A DNA stretch of 53,943 nucleotides, from IMG/VR virus record IMGVR_UViG_2869947659_000002, one strand, 5' to 3'. Shown piece after piece: positions 48,769 to 53,943 of this stretch. The position numbers were made by a program, and so were the translations under genes. Origin of the DNA: a virus. Its lineage: Duplodnaviria; Heunggongvirae; Uroviricota; Caudoviricetes. The notes beneath the pieces are model-generated. The model was not told the DNA's origin and did no database searches. It saw only the letters and a program-made list of their open reading frames with translations. Positions within the stretch are counted from its first letter, which is position 1. Each line of letters begins with the position of its first letter.

Positions 48769-49587
48769 ATGTGTCAGGTATTTGGTGTATCCAGGAGCGG
48801 TTATTACAACTGGGTACAGCATGAACCCTCAGACAGAAAACAAAGTGATGAGCGGCTAAAACTGGAGATTAAGGTGGCACATATCCGCACTCGCGAAACA
48901 TATGGAACCCGGCGGCTCCAGACGGAGCTGGCAGAGAATGGCATCATCGTTGGTCGTGACCGACTGGCACGTCTTCGTAAGGAGCTAAGGCTACGCTGTA
49001 AGCAGAAACGCAAGTTCAGAGCGACTACGAACCCGAACCACAATCTGCCAGTTGCGCCAAATCTGCTGAACCAGACGTTCGCTCCTACAGCACCAAATCA
49101 GGTCTGGGTGGCGGACCTGACGTATGTTGCCACACAGGAGGGATGGTTGTACCTCGCTGGCATCAAAGATGTTTATACGTGCGAAATTGTCGGCTACGCC
49201 ATGGGAGAGCGCATGACAAAAGAGCTGACAGGTAAAGCCCTGTTTATGGCGCTCAGGAGCCAGCGCCCACCTGCCGGGCTAATCCACCACTCTGATCGAG
49301 GTTCACAGTACTGCGCATACGATTACCGGGTCATACAGGAGCAGTCTGGTCTGAAAACATCAATGTCGCGTAAAGGTCACTGTTACGACAACGCTCCGAT
49401 GGAAAGCTTCTGGGGAACGCTGAAAAATGAGAGCCTGAGCCACTATCGTTTTAATAACCGGGATGAAGCCATCTCAGTAATACGGGAATACATTGAGATT
49501 TTCTACAATCGTCAGCGTCGTCACTCTCGTCTGGGGAATATCTCCCCGGCAGCCTTCAGGGAAAAATATCATCAGATGGCTGCTTAA
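48769..49587 (+). CDS. IS3-family transposase OrfB
   Basis: Same as 3675..4493 apart from one C-terminal residue. Confidence 0.9.
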   Translation: MCQVFGVSRSGYYNWVQHEPSDRKQSDERLKLEIKVAHIRTRETYGTRRLQTELAENGIIVGRDRLARLRKELRLRCKQKRKFRATTNPNHNLPVAPNLLNQTFAPTAPNQVWVADLTYVATQEGWLYLAGIKDVYTCEIVGYAMGERMTKELTGKALFMALRSQRPPAGLIHHSDRGSQYCAYDYRVIQEQSGLKTSMSRKGHCYDNAPMESFWGTLKNESLSHYRFNNRDEAISVIREYIEIFYNRQRRHSRLGNISPAAFREKYHQMAA

Positions 49588-50170
49588 AAAAAGAACAAAT
49601 GGTAGTGTCCGCTATTGCCAGTACACCTCAAACGACCGCGAAGACTGGAAGCGTATCTCGGCATCAATGCGCAAACAGCCTGATGTCCTTCGCTACGACC
49701 GCCAGACTATTTTTGGCCTTGTCCGTGAACGTCCGATCGACATTCACAAAGACCCTGTGGCACTGAACAAATACATTACTGAATACCTGACTACAAAGGG
49801 CGTGTTTGAAGATGAAGGAAGAAATCAGAGCGCAACTGATACTCTCTCGTCGCCAGTACCAGAAACTGATGCAGTGGAAACGGCAATTCCGGACAACGAA
49901 AAAACCGAATGCAAAGTGGAAGTCGAACCATCTGTAGAGCGTGAGGGGCCGTTCTACTTCCTCTTCACCGACAAGGATGGCGAAAAATACAGTCGCGCAA
50001 ACAAACTTTCTGGTCTGGATAAGGCGCTGGCTGCCGGGGCAACTGAAATCACGAAAGAAGAATATTTTGCCCGCAAAAACGGCACATACACAGGTTCACA
50101 ACAAAATGAGGTAGCCTGAGTTTAACGGACACTCCTTCCTGAAATAGAATGGCATCAGAAGGAGCTAATA

Positions 50171-50458
50171 ATGAGCAGAAAAAACCAACGTTACTCTAAA
50201 GAGTTCAAAGCCGAAGCTGTCAGAACGGTTCTTGAAAATCAACTTTCGATCAGTGAAGGCGCTTCCCGATTATCCCTTCCTGAAGGCACTTTAGGACAAT
50301 GGGTTACCGCCGCCAGAAAAGGGCTCGGTACTCCTGGTTCCCGCACGGTGGCTGAACTGGAATCTGAAATTCTGCAACTGCGTAAGGCGTTAAATGAAGC
50401 TCGCCTTGAGCGAGATATATTAAAAAAGCAACAGCGTATTTTGCACAGGAGTCGCTGA
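50171..50458 (+). pseudogene. IS3-family orfA, frameshifted
   Basis: Frame lost after ...ERDILKK at an A7-to-A6 contraction relative to copies 1 and 2. Confidence 0.8.
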
Positions 50459-50507
50459 AAAATACGCGTTAATCGAACAATGGCGACAACAATTTCCCAT
50501 TGAAGCG

Positions 50508-51344
50508 ATGTGTCAGGTATTTGGTGTATCCAGGAGCGGTTATTACAACTGGGTACAGCATGAACCCTCAGACAGAAAACAAAGTGATGAGCGGCTAAAA
50601 CTGGAGATTAAGGTGGCACATATCCGCACTCGCGAAACATATGGAACCCGGCGGCTCCAGACGGAGCTGGCAGAGAATGGCATCATCGTTGGTCGTGACC
50701 GACTGGCACGTCTTCGTAAGGAGCTAAGGCTACGCTGTAAGCAGAAACGCAAGTTCAGAGCGACTACGAACCCGAACCACAATCTGCCAGTTGCGCCAAA
50801 TCTGCTGAACCAGACGTTCGCTCCTACAGCACCAAATCAGGTCTGGGTGGCGGACCTGACGTATGTTGCCACACAGGAGGAATGGTTGTACCTCGCTGGC
50901 ATCAAAGATGTTTATACGTGCGAAATTGTCGGCTACGCCATGGGAGAGCGCATGACAAAAGAGCTGACAGGTAAAGCCCTGTTTATGGCGCTCAGGAGCC
51001 AGCGCCCACCTGCCGGGCTAATCCACCACTCTGATCGAGGTTCACAGTACTGCGCATACGATTACCGGGTCATACAGGAGCAGTCTGGTCTGAAAACATC
51101 AATGTCGCGTAAAGGTCACTGTTACGACAACGCTCCGATGGAAAGCTTCTGGGGAACGCTGAAAAATGAGAGCCTGAGCCACTATCGTTTTAATAACCGG
51201 GATGAAGCCATCTCAGTAATACGGGAATACATTGAGATTTTCTACAATCGTCAGCGTCGTCACTCTCGTCTGGGGAATATCTCCCCGGCAGCCTTCAGGG
51301 AAAAATATCATCAGATGGCTGCTCAAAAAAAGAACAAATGGTAG
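50508..51344 (+). CDS. IS3-family transposase OrfB with stop-loss extension (6 extra residues)
   Basis: Identical to copy 2 OrfB except one Gly-to-Glu change and read-through ...[11 protein letters not shown]. Confidence 0.8.
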   Translation: MCQVFGVSRSGYYNWVQHEPSDRKQSDERLKLEIKVAHIRTRETYGTRRLQTELAENGIIVGRDRLARLRKELRLRCKQKRKFRATTNPNHNLPVAPNLLNQTFAPTAPNQVWVADLTYVATQEEWLYLAGIKDVYTCEIVGYAMGERMTKELTGKALFMALRSQRPPAGLIHHSDRGSQYCAYDYRVIQEQSGLKTSMSRKGHCYDNAPMESFWGTLKNESLSHYRFNNRDEAISVIREYIEIFYNRQRRHSRLGNISPAAFREKYHQMAAQKKNKW

Positions 51345-52586
51345 TGTCCGCTATTGCCAGTACACCTCAAAATACTGATGCATCTGACACGACCGCACAA
51401 CCAGACCTGGTAAAAGTTACCGCTGACGAAGTAAACAAAATTATGCAGGCAGCCAGTATCAGCCAGCCTGACGCTAATAAGTTGCTCGCTGCATCACGTG
51501 GTGAATTTGTTGAAGGGATTAGCGACCCGAATGATCCGAAATGGGTGAAGGGGATTGAAACCCGCGATTCTGTGCACCAGAACCAGTCAGAAACGGAACA
51601 GTACGACCAAAAAGCGGAACAAAACAGCCAAAATGCGTTACAAAACGAGCCAGAAACGAAACAACCTGAACCAGTCGTGCAACAGGAAGAGGAAAAAGTT
51701 TGTACCGCATGCAATCAGACTGGTGGTGGTAACTGCCCTGATTGTGGCGCAGTGATGGGTGACGCAACCTACCAGGAGACATTCAACGAAGAAAGCCAGG
51801 ATGAAGCCCGGGAAAAAGATCCAGAGGAAATAGAAAATGCCGGACTCCCGAACAAGGAGTGCACCGAAGGCGATCAACATGCCAATGACAATAATGAAAT
51901 AGGCGAGACAGCAAATCCCTTAATTAAGGTGAACGGTCATCGTAAAAGCACATCCACCAGCAGGTTGTGGCACCATCTGATGATTGACCTTGAAACCATG
52001 GGAAAAAATCCTGATGCCCCGATTATCTCAATAGATGCAATATTTTTCGATCCGCAAACCGGAGATATGGGACCGGAATTTAGTAAGACTATCGATCTGG
52101 AAACTGCTGGCGGAGTCATTGATCGTGACGTCATTAAAAGGTGGCTGAAGCAATCACGTGAAGCGCAGTCTGCCATTATGACCGATGAAATCCCGTTAGA
52201 TGATGCACTGTTACAATTGCGGGAATTTATCGACGAAAACTCCGGTGAATTTTTTGTTCAGGTCTGGGGAAATGGAGCCAACTTCGAAAACACGATTTTG
52301 CGCCGTTCATACGAACGGCAGGGGATCCCCTGCCCATGGCGTTACTACAACGATCGCGATGTACGCACAATCGTTGAGCTGGGGAAAGCCATAGACTTCG
52401 ATGCCAGAACGGCTATTCCATTCGAAGGTGAGCGCCATAATGCACTTGATGACGCCCGTTACCAGGCAAAATACGTTTCAGTTATCTGGCAAAAACTGAT
52501 CCCGAATCAGGCTGATTTTTAATGTTCAACCCCGGTCGTTGCCCACCAGCTATAGTGGCGGCGACCATGATTAGCGAACGACGCTC

Positions 52587-52835
52587 ATGGCAAGACTTAT
52601 TCTGCTCACTGAGTGGGCAAAAGAGGAATTCAGTGAACCGGTCCCAACTCCGAGTACGTTAAGTAAATACGCTAAAGCCGGAATGATATTTCCTCTCCCC
52701 AAAAAAGTTGGAAGACGCTGGCGAGTGGATCCGCAAGCTCGCTTTGTCGGAATGGTAAACAAGCCGGAGGTGATCGCCACAGATCACCCTGCTTTGAAGA
52801 GGATACTGGAAGATGGCGCGCCCGCGAAAATATAA
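52587..52835 (+). CDS. xis: excisionase-like protein (Xis)
   Basis: 82-aa basic protein directly upstream of and overlapping the integrase gene. Confidence 0.7.
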   Translation: MARLILLTEWAKEEFSEPVPTPSTLSKYAKAGMIFPLPKKVGRRWRVDPQARFVGMVNKPEVIATDHPALKRILEDGAPAKI

Positions 52836-53943
52836 AACCAATGTTCCGGGGTTATCTCCGTATTTTGACAAAAGAAATAACAAAGTTTACTGGCGTTACA
52901 GGCATCCCATAACAGGCAAAAATCACGGTCTCGGCAGTATTGACCAGAAACTGGCAGAAACTATTGCAGCAGAAGCGAACAGCCGTCTTGCCCGGCAGCA
53001 AATGGAACAAATGCTCAGTCTGCAGGAGAAAATTATTAGTGATACCGGCGGTTCATCAACCGTTACCATTTTTCTGAATAATTACAGAAAAATTCAACAG
53101 GAAAGATATGAAAACGGCGAGATCAAACTCAACACGCTGAAACAGAAAGCGGCCCCTCTCAGGGTATTTGATGAACGTTTTGGCACCAGACCGTTAGATG
53201 CCATAACCGTAAAAGATGTGGTATCAGTACTGGAAGAGTACAAGGCCAGAGGACATAACAGAATGGGACAAATTTTCAGGAAGGTACTGATCGATGTTTT
53301 CCGGGAAGCTCAGCAAACGGGCGATGTCCCGCCAGGCTTTAACCCTGCAGAATCGGCAAAAAAACCGCAGGTGCGGATATCAAGACAGCGACTGACTTTT
53401 GATGAGTGGATGATGATTTATAACGCAGCGGAAAAGGATGGTTACTTTTTACAGCGCGGTATGCTGCTGGCACTGATGACAGGCCAGCGCCTTTCAGATA
53501 TTTGCAAAATGCAATTTTCGGATATCCGGGATGGTTATCTTCATGTCGAACAGCAAAAAACAGGAACCCGGATTGCCATCCCTCTGGCTCTGCGTTGCGA
53601 TAAATTAAATCTCACCCTAGATGATGTGGTGTCATCCTGCCGCGATTGCGTTCTTAGTCCGTGGCTATTGCACCACCATCACGCGAAAGGGACAGCTAAG
53701 CGCGGCGGGATGGTTAAGCCAGCAACATTAACCGTTGCATTTAAAAAAGCCCGGGATTCTGTGGATTACAACTGGCGTGCTAATGGCACCCCACCCTCTT
53801 TCCATGAGCAGAGATCTTTATCAGAGCGATTGTTCAGAGAGCAGGGGGTTGATACCAAAATTTTGCTGGGCCATTCGAATCAAAAAATGACCGATATTTA
53901 CAACGACGCACGCGGTAAGGAATGGAAAAAACTGGTCATTTGA
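52813..53943 (+). CDS. int: tyrosine-family integrase (lambda Int-like)
   Basis: 376 aa with catalytic-domain motifs (...LMTGQRLSDI..., ...HEQRSLSERLF..., ...LLGHSNQKMTDIYNDARG...); stop at window end, so attL lies beyond the window. Confidence 0.9.
   Translation: MARPRKYKTNVPGLSPYFDKRNNKVYWRYRHPITGKNHGLGSIDQKLAETIAAEANSRLARQQMEQMLSLQEKIISDTGGSSTVTIFLNNYRKIQQERYENGEIKLNTLKQKAAPLRVFDERFGTRPLDAITVKDVVSVLEEYKARGHNRMGQIFRKVLIDVFREAQQTGDVPPGFNPAESAKKPQVRISRQRLTFDEWMMIYNAAEKDGYFLQRGMLLALMTGQRLSDICKMQFSDIRDGYLHVEQQKTGTRIAIPLALRCDKLNLTLDDVVSSCRDCVLSPWLLHHHHAKGTAKRGGMVKPATLTVAFKKARDSVDYNWRANGTPPSFHEQRSLSERLFREQGVDTKILLGHSNQKMTDIYNDARGKEWKKLVI

Larger units (their letters stand above)
48367..49630 (+). 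mobile_element. IS3-family insertion sequence (IS600-like, 1264 bp), copy 2
   Basis: Same terminal inverted repeats as copy 1; 3-bp direct repeat AAC (48364..48366 and 49631..49633). Confidence 0.9.
50107..51369 (+). mobile_element. IS3-family insertion sequence (IS600-like, 1263 bp), copy 3, with point defects
   Basis: 3-bp direct repeat AAA (50104..50106 and 51370..51372); 1-nt deletion in an A-run within orfA; orfB stop codon changed (TAA to CAA) and one Gly-to-Glu substitution. Confidence 0.9.
47518..52522 (+). pseudogene. RecE-like exonuclease gene (exodeoxyribonuclease VIII family, with DEDDh 3'-5' exonuclease motifs) split by two IS600-like insertions
   Basis: One continuous reading frame across 47518..48366, 49631..50106 and 51370..52522 once the IS copies and one copy of each 3-bp duplication are removed; contains [31 protein letters not shown] and IDLETMG / HNALDDA motifs. 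Confidence 0.75.

Noticed and set aside
1-53943. CRISPR array
   Set aside because: No regularly spaced short direct repeats with unique spacers anywhere in the window; the only tandem repeats are the two ~245-bp units at 32326..33060

Overview
This window is almost entirely one mosaic lambdoid prophage, probably defective, with a lambda-like head/tail block (Nu1 to J, lom, side tail fiber) on the minus strand, a late region laid out like a Stx phage but with no stx genes (Q, pR'-like promoter, DNA methyltransferase, three tRNAs, nanS-p-like esterase, holin/lysozyme/Rz/Rz1, cos), and a Qin-like immunity/early region (dicC, dicA, ydfABC, DicF sRNA, dicB, ydfD, hokD, rusA). Five IS copies are present (IS2 x2, IS600-like IS3-family x3), each with intact target-site duplications; they disrupt the side tail fiber gene, split a recE-like exonuclease gene into three pieces, and separate dicF from dicB. 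The structural gene names are lambda homologues recognised from the translated proteins; no search could be run. The most interesting parts are three cargo loci with no assignable function: (1) a convergent gene pair between cos and the lysis cassette (unknown 355-aa protein plus a 206-aa protein with a PD-(D/E)xK-like nuclease motif); (2) a strongly AT-rich island between hok and the replication genes (4-TM membrane protein plus SAM-methyltransferase-fold protein, and an opposing gene split by a frameshift at an A8 tract); (3) a SAM-dependent methyltransferase gene between duplicated tail fiber assembly gene fragments. I consider (1) and (2) the best candidates for an undescribed system, most plausibly anti-phage defence, but this is inference from position and composition only. 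Also notable are a promoter-terminator unit antisense in the I-J gap (candidate sRNA) and tandem structured repeats sitting where stx would be.
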